Assembly: GCA_963718565.1 (NCBI GenBank)
Contig: OY970364.1
Coordinates: 1 to 64,000, forward strand
From: an uncultured Verrucomicrobiae bacterium
Lineage (GTDB): Bacteria > Chlamydiota > Chlamydiia > Chlamydiales > Rhabdochlamydiaceae
Reading direction: 5' to 3'
DNA: 64,000 nucleotides
A program made the position numbers and the translations under genes. The notes under the pieces were generated by a model. The model made no database searches. It was not told the DNA's origin and saw nothing but the letters and a program-made list of their open reading frames with translations. Of this stretch, positions 37,524-45,822 are shown piece by piece. Every line of letters starts with the position of its first letter. Position 1 is the stretch's first letter.

Positions 37524-38390
37524 TCAGGTTAAAATTTCGTGTCCATCTTCTGTGATGAGAAGGGTGTGTTCCCATTGCGCGCTCGGCTTTCCGTCTTTTG
37601 TGCGCGCTGTCCAATGGTCGTATGGGTCGACATAGCCTTCGCGTACGCCAGCATTGATCATTGGCTCAATAGTGAAAGTCATTCCGGTGGCAAGCGGAAT
37701 TTTAATCTGATTGTAGTGATGGGGGATTTGCGGCGGCTCATGAAAATGAACGCCTGTTCCATGGCCGACAAATAGATTGACGACGGAGCAGCCTTGCCCC
37801 GTCGCGTAAGATTCAATGACATTGCCAATTTCGTAAATCATGACACCGGGCTTCAAAATGGCAATCGATCGCATGAGGCATTCATAGGACACATTCACCA
37901 CTTTTTGTTTTTCAGCATCGACTGTGCCAATGGTGACCATCCGGCTACAGTCTCCGTAATAACCGTTGAGAATGCAGGTCACATCGATATTGACAATGTC
38001 CCCCTCTTTGAGAGGAGTTTCATCCGGAATGCCGTGGCAGATGACGTCATTTAAAGAAGTACAAATGCTTTTGGGAAAGGGAGGATTCCCATAGCCAAGG
38101 GGAGCGGGAATGGTGCCCGCCTCGAGATGGAGTTGATGGGCGTAGGCATTGAGGGCATTTGTGGTCACTCCTGGTTTGGCCATTTTGCACGTTTTATCCA
38201 GGATTTGGGCTGCTAATTTACAAGAGCGTCGAATGCCCCGGATCTGTTCTGCAGTCTTTAAAAGGATCCCATATTTTTTTAGATACTGCTCTGAGAGGAA
38301 GGATGGCGATCCTGGTCCAGGATTTGGGAAATGACATTTTTTCCATTTTTGTCCACTTCCGCACCAACAGAGATCATTTCGAGAAACCAT
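37524..38390 (-). CDS. map: Methionine aminopeptidase with N-terminal SEC-C motif
   Basis: RNDLCWCGSGQKWKKCH; CHGIP, GDIVNIDVT, GHGTG..FHEPP, FTIEPMIN, AQWEHT. Confidence 0.96.
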   Translation of the reverse strand: MVSRNDLCWCGSGQKWKKCHFPNPGPGSPSFLSEQYLKKYGILLKTAEQIRGIRRSCKLAAQILDKTCKMAKPGVTTNALNAYAHQLHLEAGTIPAPLGYGNPPFPKSICTSLNDVICHGIPDETPLKEGDIVNIDVTCILNGYYGDCSRMVTIGTVDAEKQKVVNVSYECLMRSIAILKPGVMIYEIGNVIESYATGQGCSVVNLFVGHGTGVHFHEPPQIPHHYNQIKIPLATGMTFTIEPMINAGVREGYVDPYDHWTARTKDGKPSAQWEHTLLITEDGHEILT

Positions 38391-38405
38391 GAATTTACAC
38401 TCAGG

Positions 38406-39170
38406 TTAATAACACACACGTTTCAAAATTAAGCCATGCGCAGGGGCGGTGATGCCAGCTAAGGTACGGTCTTTGCTTGCCAAGATCATCGGGATTTGAT
38501 CTGCCTTGATCTTTCCGCATCCCACGTAAGCAAGGGTCCCTGCGATATTACGCGCCATTCTAAATAGAAAATGATCGCCCGTCATACAAATGTTAAGACG
38601 GTTTTCAGAATGAAAGAGAATTTCAGTGTTCTCGATTCGGCAAATCGGATCGCGGTCCCACAGGGAGCGCTCATTGCAAAAGGCCGAAAAATCATAAGTG
38701 CCGATGAGGTATTCTGCGGCTTTTCTCATCTTTTCGATATCTAAAAAATATGGGAAGTGCCAGGAAGTATGACGGAGAAATGGCAGCTGCAAAAATCCAT
38801 GGCAAATCTGATACCTATATTCTTTTTTCACACAAGAAAGCGTGGGATGGAAATCCTCGCGCATCTCTTCAGCGCTGACAACGGCGATTTCTTTAGGGAG
38901 CATTCCGGGGGAATTGCAATTCCCTCTTCCATTTAAACTAGACTGCAAGGACTTTAAACAAAGAACTTTTGAAGTCATGAAATTGACGACTTGTCCTTCG
39001 GCGTGGACTCCCGCATCAGTGCGGCTAGCAGCTTGAAGCTTGATTTCATGTTGAAGGATTTGCCGAAGAGCCTTTTCTAAAGTTTCCTCAATACTCGGCC
39101 CCATTTTGGTTTTTTGCCAACCCACAAAAGAGGCACCGAAATAGGTAATGACGAGTTTAATATTAGACAT
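38406..39170 (-). CDS. truA: tRNA pseudouridine(38-40) synthase with an 8-aa MITE-derived insertion
   Basis: ASRTDAGVHA, GTYDFSAF, FLFRMARNIAG, TAPAHGL; true start MSNIKL overlaps the marC stop (TAATG). Confidence 0.93.
   Translation of the reverse strand: MSNIKLVITYFGASFVGWQKTKMGPSIEETLEKALRQILQHEIKLQAASRTDAGVHAEGQVVNFMTSKVLCLKSLQSSLNGRGNCNSPGMLPKEIAVVSAEEMREDFHPTLSCVKKEYRYQICHGFLQLPFLRHTSWHFPYFLDIEKMRKAAEYLIGTYDFSAFCNERSLWDRDPICRIENTEILFHSENRLNICMTGDHFLFRMARNIAGTLAYVGCGKIKADQIPMILASKDRTLAGITAPAHGLILKRVCY
38907..38926. mobile_element. Minimal family A palindrome inserted in frame in truA
   Basis: GGGGGAATTGCAATTCCCTC flanked by TTCC on both sides; 20+4 = 24 bp. Confidence 0.85.
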
Positions 39171-39997
39171 TACTTGGAAACGTAGTTTATACCGAAACAA
39201 CATGAAGAATCGGTTTTTGGCTGCGCTGGACATCCCAGATTTTGATCCCGGCTGCATCTCACAACTTGTTCAGTGTGCCTGCTTCCCTGACAAAAGAGCA
39301 ATCGTGCTCTTTTGTAAGTGTCCGCAGCGCCGCCGCTTCGCTGGTTCAAACTCCGGGCGCCAGCTTTGCCAAAATCTCGATTCTTCATGTTGTTTCGGTA
39401 TACGAACATATCGGTTCCTTCGAGGAACATCTGCACAGCGATCAACGTCAAGATTAGGCCCATCAATCTTTCACAAGCGACAAGGCCGCGCCATCCTAAA
39501 AGTTTCTTCCATAAAGAAGAACTGAGCAAAATCAGTGTCGAGGCTGCCCACGCAATGACGATAGCGCACAGAGGGAGCATTAAATCATTGTTGTGCTGGC
39601 CTGAATAGAGCATGACAGCGGCCAAAACCGCAGGACCAGCAACTAGAGGGGTTGCCAATGGAACGATGAAGGGTTCTTTATCGTGGGGAAGTTCAACGTC
39701 TGGATCTCTTCTACCCGGGAAAATCATTTTTAAAGCGATGAGGAAGAGAATGATTCCTCCTGAGATGAGGATTGTCGGCATTGTGACGTTGAGAAAACCG
39801 AGCAAAGCATCACCGATAAAATAGAACAGGATGATGATGATGAGCGCAATGATGAGTTCGCGGATAATGATTTTGTGATGTCGGCTCGCATCAATGTCTT
39901 TTAGTACCGAAACAAAAATTGGGACGTTTCCGATGGGATCCATCAGCAAAAAAAGCGCAAGCGCCATTGAGAACATATGCATCCACCAGGAGTCCAT
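39170..39997 (-). CDS. marC: MarC family membrane protein with a 71-aa in-frame MITE insertion
   Basis: MDPIGNVPIF, GGIILFLIA, VPLATPLVAGP, ERLMGLIL; 275 aa minus the 71-aa insert gives 204 aa. Confidence 0.9.
   Translation of the reverse strand: MDSWWMHMFSMALALFLLMDPIGNVPIFVSVLKDIDASRHHKIIIRELIIALIIIILFYFIGDALLGFLNVTMPTILISGGIILFLIALKMIFPGRRDPDVELPHDKEPFIVPLATPLVAGPAVLAAVMLYSGQHNNDLMLPLCAIVIAWAASTLILLSSSLWKKLLGWRGLVACERLMGLILTLIAVQMFLEGTDMFVYRNNMKNRDFGKAGARSLNQRSGGAADTYKRARLLFCQGSRHTEQVVRCSRDQNLGCPAQPKTDSSCCFGINYVSK
39188..39402. mobile_element. MITE family F (TA-flanked, IS630-like ends) inside marC
   Basis: 25-bp perfect TIR TATACCGAAACAACATGAAGAATCG / CGATTCTTCATGTTGTTTCGGTATA. Confidence 0.9.
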
Positions 39998-40014
39998 ATT
40001 TTACATCCCCTCTC

Positions 40015-41052
40015 TTATATGGATTCAGTTTCAATAATATCCCATAATTGATTTAAGAAACAGATCTGCCTTTCTTCAAGCGGGAATAGAAATAAAAGGA
40101 AGTCGTGATTTTTGCTAAAAGCCGCTTTTGTCCAATTGGCAGACCCCATCACGAGGATTTCTTCATCGATGACTGCCCATTTATGGTGCAAGAGCTCCTT
40201 TCCTTGGCTTAAAAAAAGACTTATCCCCTGCTTTTCTAATGTTTGGATCATTTTTTTGCTTGCGCCGCGGGCAGTATAAGCGTCCACTGCGATTGAGATA
40301 GCGATGCCGCGTCTTTTTGCGCACGAAAGCGCTTCGCCGATTTCAGGGTGCGTCAATGTGAACATGGCAATGGTGATTTTTCTTTTTGCCCTATTAATAG
40401 TATCGATGAGGCGAGAAAACCCGGTTTTGAGAGGATCTGGGAGGAGATAGAGCTCGCCTTGCTGGCGCTCGACCTTAAAAAAATAAGAAGTTGCCGTTGG
40501 ACACTCCAGGAAGGCAGCAAGTTGAGGATGATAAAGACCTACGACGAAATTCGCATGATGGTGTAAAGAAGTTGGAGTGAGATTGGCCGTGCCTAAAAAG
40601 ACCTGGGCTTTATCGACGAGGATGATTTTGCGGTGCATCAATCCCGATGTTTTAATAGGATGAATATGAACTGAAGAGGGCAGTAATTTTTTTAAAGGCG
40701 CAGAAGCTGAAGGGTCGTATTCAACAGAGATGGGAAAATTTTCAGAAGTTTTTTTGCGAATGGTGGCGAGGATCTCGGAATCTGTGATCCCATAAACACT
40801 TAAAAAAATGGACTGGTTGGCCTGATTTAAGGCTTGAAGGAATGTGAGCTTGATATCTTGTCGAGTCTGGTTTGAATAAAACCGGATCGGATGGTCTTGA
40901 TCAGGTAACCTGGCCCGCGTCGCAGAAAAAACAACCCAGGCGTAGAAACAAGCAAAACCGCCTATCAAGGAAAAGAACAAGACCCAACGGGGGATTTTTT
41001 TAATAGACGGTGACAGTGAAAGGGCTAATTTAAATACGTTCGCCTTTGGCAC
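40015..41052 (-). CDS. Phospholipase D family protein (two HKD motifs)
   Basis: MHRKIILVD...GTANLT and LHHKWAVID...GSANWT; N-terminal TM anchor. Confidence 0.88.
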   Translation of the reverse strand: MPKANVFKLALSLSPSIKKIPRWVLFFSLIGGFACFYAWVVFSATRARLPDQDHPIRFYSNQTRQDIKLTFLQALNQANQSIFLSVYGITDSEILATIRKKTSENFPISVEYDPSASAPLKKLLPSSVHIHPIKTSGLMHRKIILVDKAQVFLGTANLTPTSLHHHANFVVGLYHPQLAAFLECPTATSYFFKVERQQGELYLLPDPLKTGFSRLIDTINRAKRKITIAMFTLTHPEIGEALSCAKRRGIAISIAVDAYTARGASKKMIQTLEKQGISLFLSQGKELLHHKWAVIDEEILVMGSANWTKAAFSKNHDFLLFLFPLEERQICFLNQLWDIIETESI

Positions 41053-41305
41053 GCAAATCGCGAATGATCATTGGGAGTCCGACTTTATCGATGGTGCGCA
41101 AAGCATTCGTTGAAAGACGTAAAGTAACGAAACGATTCTCTTCAGCAAACCAGAGACGCTTCTTCTTCAGATTAGGTTGAAAACGCCGTTTTTTAATTCC
41201 AGTGATTTTCAAGCCGATTCCCTTTTTACTTTTTGCGATCCCGCGGATCGCATAAGACTTGCCGCGGACAGGGACTTTGCCAGTCACTTGACATCTCTTA
41301 GACAT
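41030..41305 (-). CDS. rpmB: 50S ribosomal protein L28
   Basis: MSKRCQVTGK...RRFQPNL...LRLSTNALRTIDKVG. Confidence 0.95.
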   Translation of the reverse strand: MSKRCQVTGKVPVRGKSYAIRGIAKSKKGIGLKITGIKKRRFQPNLKKKRLWFAEENRFVTLRLSTNALRTIDKVGLPMIIRDLRAKGERI

Positions 41306-41425
41306 GATTCTTCTCCTAAGAATTCTCAATGAAGGCGTCATCTTATCATCTTAAAACATATTGAACAAGAATATTTTCAGTGTTAATTTAAAAATTAAAC
41401 TTTGCAAATTCACAAATGCGTTTCT

Positions 41426-42826
41426 ATGGTGGAAGAACTTTACGCTGATTTTGTCGTCATTGGATCGGGTCCCGCTGGTCAGAAAGCTGCAATACAGGCC
41501 GCAAAGCTTGGGAAGAGCGTTATTGTCATAGAAAAGGATTCGCACCCAGGAGGTGCGTCGCTGAATTCGGGGACGATCCCTTCGAAATCTTTAAGAGAGG
41601 CGATCCTTGATTTAACCGACTTTTACGAGCGCAGTTTTTATGGTCAAGATCGCGTGATCCGTGAGATTTCAATCAATGATTTGAATTATAGGCTCAATAT
41701 CGTTCTTGAGGAGCAGCGCAAAATGCTGCTGCGGCAATTTGAGAAAAATAACATCCGTTTGATGCACGGCATCGCGCGTTTTCAGGATAGGAATCACATT
41801 GCTGTCATTAGTGAGGGTGGAAGTTCTCAATTCCGCATTACTGCAGACTACAGTTTGATTGCTACAGGCTCTAAACCGCGCAATCCCATCAATGTGCCTT
41901 TTGATAAAGAAAAGATCTTGGATTCAACGCGCTTACTTTCGATCGATCACGTGCCCAAAACGCTCATCGTTCTTGGCGGAGGGATTCTCGGTGCCGAGTA
42001 CGCAAGTTTTTTTGCTGCATTAGGAACAGAAGTGATCGTTGTCGATAGACGAGAGCACCTTTTGCCGCTTTTAGATCATGAGATCGGAATGCACTTGCAA
42101 AAAGCGCTAGGTACCATCGGTTTAAAATTTATTGGCAATAAAGAAGTCGATGATATTCGGCGCGTCGATGACCATGCTGAGGTTTGTTTTAAAGACGGCA
42201 GCAAAATGCAGTGTGAAATGCTGCTTTACGCTCTTGGAAGGGAAGCAAATGTCGATAAGCTTCAGATTGAAAATGTAGGAATTTTTCTCGACGAGTGGGG
42301 CTATATTCCCGTCAATGCTTTGTTTCAGACTATTGTTCCGAACATTTATGCCGCCGGCGATGTGATCGGCGCGCCTGCGCTCGCATCGACAAGCATGGAG
42401 CAAGGGAGGTTGGCCGCACGTCATGCTTTCGGAGCGAAAACACATCACTTTCCCTCATTTTATCCTATTGGCATTTATACGATTCCAGAAATTTCTTCTT
42501 GTGGTTATACTGAAAGTGAACTTAAAGAGCTCGGTTTCCGTTATGAGATTGGGCGTGCATATTATTATGAGATAGCGCGCAATCAGATTGTCGGGAACGA
42601 CCCAGGAATGTTTAAAATCTTATTCCACGCTGAAACGTTGGAAATTTTGGGCATTCACATCATTGGCCGGGCAGCGACAGAAGTGATCCACATTGGCCAA
42701 GTGGCGATGAGTTTTAATGCTCGGATTGATTATTTTATCGATCAGATTTTCAATTATCCCACGTATGCTGAAGGTTATCGAATTGCGGCTTTGAACGGAT
42801 TCAACAAAGTCAAGCATAGGAAATAA
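41426..42826 (+). CDS. sthA: Soluble pyridine nucleotide transhydrogenase
   Basis: VIGSGPAG, GGASLNSGTIPSKSLRE (no redox disulfide), LASTSMEQGR, GIYTIPEIS, FNYPTYAEGYRIAALNG. Confidence 0.9.
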   Translation: MVEELYADFVVIGSGPAGQKAAIQAAKLGKSVIVIEKDSHPGGASLNSGTIPSKSLREAILDLTDFYERSFYGQDRVIREISINDLNYRLNIVLEEQRKMLLRQFEKNNIRLMHGIARFQDRNHIAVISEGGSSQFRITADYSLIATGSKPRNPINVPFDKEKILDSTRLLSIDHVPKTLIVLGGGILGAEYASFFAALGTEVIVVDRREHLLPLLDHEIGMHLQKALGTIGLKFIGNKEVDDIRRVDDHAEVCFKDGSKMQCEMLLYALGREANVDKLQIENVGIFLDEWGYIPVNALFQTIVPNIYAAGDVIGAPALASTSMEQGRLAARHAFGAKTHHFPSFYPIGIYTIPEISSCGYTESELKELGFRYEIGRAYYYEIARNQIVGNDPGMFKILFHAETLEILGIHIIGRAATEVIHIGQVAMSFNARIDYFIDQIFNYPTYAEGYRIAALNGFNKVKHRK

Positions 42827-42832
42827 AATCGA

Positions 42833-43318
42833 ATGGCGATCTACGATTTCTCGAAAACGGAAAAGAATGACCTTAATGCTTCTACGCTTTGCCAACATCG
42901 CAGTTTTGAAGAAAAAGAATTTTCCGCGGAACCAGAAATGCCCGAAACGCTTCAGAACAGAGTGAAAACACGCGATCGCTTCTTCTCTTCGCTTGCAGCA
43001 CGCTTGTTTTTTTTGTTGCTGCTTGGCGGAAATCTACTTTGGACCTGCTATGCTTTGATCCGATTGTCTTTTTCCTTAATCGGTCGTCTGCTTACAGCAG
43101 ATAAAGTCGCCGTTTTTAAATCTATTGGCGAAAAAGCCTGGGTGTCTTTACTGCGATCCCTTATTTGCGGCGTTTCGTTGTTCTTCGCTTTATTTAGCCC
43201 GGCTTTTGGAATTATGATCGCCTGTACTTACTTTCTGATGTATGACAAATCAGGAATCCAAGAAGTCATTCCTTCCTCACTGCAGTCGCAGTTCAAAGAG
43301 TTTTTCCCGAAAGAGTAG
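42833..43318 (+). CDS. Hypothetical membrane protein
   Basis: 161-aa ORF with hydrophobic segments, directly after sthA. Confidence 0.6.
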   Translation: MAIYDFSKTEKNDLNASTLCQHRSFEEKEFSAEPEMPETLQNRVKTRDRFFSSLAARLFFLLLLGGNLLWTCYALIRLSFSLIGRLLTADKVAVFKSIGEKAWVSLLRSLICGVSLFFALFSPAFGIMIACTYFLMYDKSGIQEVIPSSLQSQFKEFFPKE

Positions 43319-43375
43319 AGGGAATTGCAAGACTAACGACCAAAAAATCACTTTTTGGTCGTTAGTCTTGTAATT
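43318..43375. mobile_element. Family A-type end with a third interior (24-bp stem)
   Basis: GAGGGAATTGCAAGACTAACGACCAAAAA-ATCAC-TTTTTGGTCGTTAGTCTTGTAATT; overlaps the TAG stop, between convergent genes. Confidence 0.7.
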
Positions 43376-43430
43376 GCGTGAAAAATTCTTGGAAAATCCG
43401 CATCTTTTGCAAAAACGAGTCCATAGTTTT

Positions 43431-44035
43431 TTAGGTTGGGATGCATGACCACCCTTTTTTTACCAAAAGAGAGATTAATCCGTCTCCAGTCTCCACATGA
43501 TCGGGAAAGTGATCACACCCTACCGCGAAGAAAGGCAAAAGGGATTTTTCATTGAGGGCTTTGTCCATCTGATCGCTCATCGTGATATTTCTATCGGTTA
43601 TCAAACATTGTAAGACCCCTAGACCATCGTGTTTGCCAACTGCATATTGTACAAGCTTATGAAGGTGTTGTGAGAGTTCATTGGAACTCCCCTTTTCCCA
43701 GCATTGCCGTATTTCAGTCAAATCAGTCAAAGTAGGATAGGGGAAGAAAGGGTTGGACAGACTCACGGCTCGGAAATGATCGCGCTCGCTTTCTAAACTT
43801 ATGACTTGCTTGCCCATTGCTTTGGCTTGCTCTGTAAGCTTAAGGTCCATCGCACCTAATTTTTGACCAAATCGTGATGTAAACCATTTAGCTATTTCTT
43901 TATGTCTACAAAAACGTGTGATGTCTATTTCTGGGAAAAAGGCATTACATTTAGCAAAAGCTTTTTGAATTTTAGGGCGAAACTTGAAGAATTCGACTGG
44001 AATACAATGAGAAGTAGCTAGGGCGTAGCCGCGTG
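43431..44035 (-). pseudogene. TraB/GumN-family fragment, 5' end cut by a family B MITE
   Basis: GYALATSH (cf. YLFGTxH), MDLKLTEQAKAMGKQVISLE, DRNITM, FAVGCDHF; the called start MLAIGF lies inside the MITE. Confidence 0.65.
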
Positions 44036-44156
44036 AAAAACCTATGGCAAGCACTGAATGTCATTTGGATCCATGCCAGGCTTTGCATTTATCGATCTCA
44101 ATCAGGCATGGATCAAAATGGTCTTCAACTTTTGCCATGAGTTTTTAAGGACGTAC
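44036..44156. mobile_element. MITE family B, left tip missing
   Basis: Nearly identical to 25256-25376; ends TTTTTAAGGACGTAC. Confidence 0.85.
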
Positions 44157-44225
44157 TTTTTAAGCGATGCCGAACGCGCTTAGCTCAGAGCGCAACACAG
44201 ACAAGAACGGGACAAGAGGATCTCT
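44157..44225 (+). pseudogene. Relic of an IS630-type transposase N-terminus
   Basis: Translates FLSDAERA*LRAQHRQERDKRIS, resembling the start of the IS630 transposase in this window (LSNEQRLYLEQLVKKTRDVNE). Confidence 0.5.
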
Positions 44226-44260
44226 GCAACAGAACCCGCAGAGGACGAGAAGAAGGCACC

Positions 44261-44318
44261 TTGACTGGGTAAAGTCATAGGTGCCGCTATAGATGTTCAT
44301 CGGGCGCTAGGACCTGGC
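44261..44318 (+). pseudogene. Relic of a GxxExxY-family (PD-(D/E)XK) protein N-terminus
   Basis: Translates (LT)GKVIGAAIDVHRALGPG, the IGAAxxVHxxLGPG signature. Confidence 0.6.
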
Positions 44319-44801
44319 TCAATTAAAGGAAACGTTCTTCACATCGACCATAGCAATATGCCCATATTTTCTTAAATCGATTGAAAAATTGTGGCCTGAG
44401 GACCAGTGCATGTTGTCAGTGACATTGGTAGGCGGAACACAGAACTTGAAGTCGATTGTACCATTCATCTGTTCAGGTGGAACATGAAAAGTAAATGTTC
44501 TCTCATAGAAATTCGAAGTCGTTTGCTGATCTGCGTGCCGATCCGTTCCCCAGCTGAGAGGCCCCATACTGCCGCGGATGGTGACGGGATGATCGCTCTT
44601 TTCAGACAGTGTAGCGGCAATGCGCACGACTTTTCCCGCTTGTTGGCAAAACGGCTGGTCGAAAGTTGGATTTTCTGAAATCAGCGTCGCATAGGATATG
44701 GCACCTTTTCCAGGTTCAGAAAGATGCGGCAAGAGAGTTTGGATGTCTCGAAAATGTTGAGCAACGATTGTCTGGGGATTCAATTGTGTTTGCGTGGCCA
44801 T
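44319..44801 (-). CDS. Hypothetical protein with a CBM20-like (starch/glycogen-binding) C-terminal domain
   Basis: VTIRGSMGPLSWG...IDFKFCV...WSSGHNFSI resembles the CBM20 GSxxxLxxW / EYKF / WExGxNR pattern. Confidence 0.5.
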   Translation of the reverse strand: MATQTQLNPQTIVAQHFRDIQTLLPHLSEPGKGAISYATLISENPTFDQPFCQQAGKVVRIAATLSEKSDHPVTIRGSMGPLSWGTDRHADQQTTSNFYERTFTFHVPPEQMNGTIDFKFCVPPTNVTDNMHWSSGHNFSIDLRKYGHIAMVDVKNVSFN

Positions 44802-44910
44802 AGATACCTCATCTATTTAAGATGTTTTGAAAAAGTCTTTGAACTCAATGAGAGCAAAAACTTAGCTAAAATTTTATATGGCATTAACAAAAACTTTACA
44901 ATCGAAAAAA

Positions 44911-45822
44911 TCATAGATTGAGAATTTCACGATCGTAATGGTCGAGAAGATCCGGATGGTTTACCAATTGTTGGCGCAAAGCCTTTGTCACAGATTTAAT
45001 GTGGGGAATGTAATTTTTTTTGAGCTTCATCTCTTCGTATTGGATGAGGTCGCCCACATCGATATGAATGGCTCGATTGTCAAGAATTCCATAATTTTTG
45101 CGCAGAACAGGATCATTGTTCGCATATCCCTTTTGAGCACATGCCTTGATCAAAAGGATGACATTGCTCACAAGTTTTTTTGCTTCATCGATCCTGTTTT
45201 CGCGAATCAACGTTTCCAACTTGAAAAAAATCAGATCTGCTTTTCGCTGCAAGAGGAATGTCACATCGTCAAGAGAAATGCGATATTCGTTCCTCATTGT
45301 GTCAACAAGAATCACTGATTTGCCTAAGTGATCAGAGCGGTTGATATGCAAAAGAAGCAACCCTGTTTCTTCCTTAAGATTGGAATAACTGTCTTTATAA
45401 CTTTTGAGATTGACGAGCAGTCTTTCTAGATTGTGCTCTTTGATTTTTTGACGATGCTCATTAAATAAATACGAAAATGGGCGATAAGCCCAAGAAAAAC
45501 GACGCATGTGGGAAGCGTAACGATGAAATTTGATCACATATTGCTGATCTTCAGAAACAAAAGCATAACAATGGCAGCCCTTTGCTAAATAGCGGAACTT
45601 TTGCTTCAAAATCTCATCGATGGATACTTCTTCATTAGAGTCTAATGGGGGAAGCTCCCAGTCAGGATTGTCTTTGATGGAAGAATATAAAAAAGCGACG
45701 CAAAAACCATTATTCTGCTTGAAAAACAGACGATTGATATAAAACAAAGCTCCGAAAAATAGCGTGCACGCAGTTAAAAATAGGATTTTATTCTTCCAGA
45801 GCATCGATTTCCATGATCTCAT
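44911..45822 (-). CDS. Membrane-anchored protein-kinase-like hypothetical protein
   Basis: N-terminal TM; YLAKGCHCYAF...YVIKF, NNDPVLRKNYG, IHIDVG. Confidence 0.6.
   Translation of the reverse strand: MRSWKSMLWKNKILFLTACTLFFGALFYINRLFFKQNNGFCVAFLYSSIKDNPDWELPPLDSNEEVSIDEILKQKFRYLAKGCHCYAFVSEDQQYVIKFHRYASHMRRFSWAYRPFSYLFNEHRQKIKEHNLERLLVNLKSYKDSYSNLKEETGLLLLHINRSDHLGKSVILVDTMRNEYRISLDDVTFLLQRKADLIFFKLETLIRENRIDEAKKLVSNVILLIKACAQKGYANNDPVLRKNYGILDNRAIHIDVGDLIQYEEMKLKKNYIPHIKSVTKALRQQLVNHPDLLDHYDREILNL

Noticed and set aside
39171..39257. N-terminal extension of TruA (MQPGSKSG...) in the ORF track
   Set aside because: It starts inside the family F MITE; the ATG at 39170 overlapping the marC stop fits TruA better.
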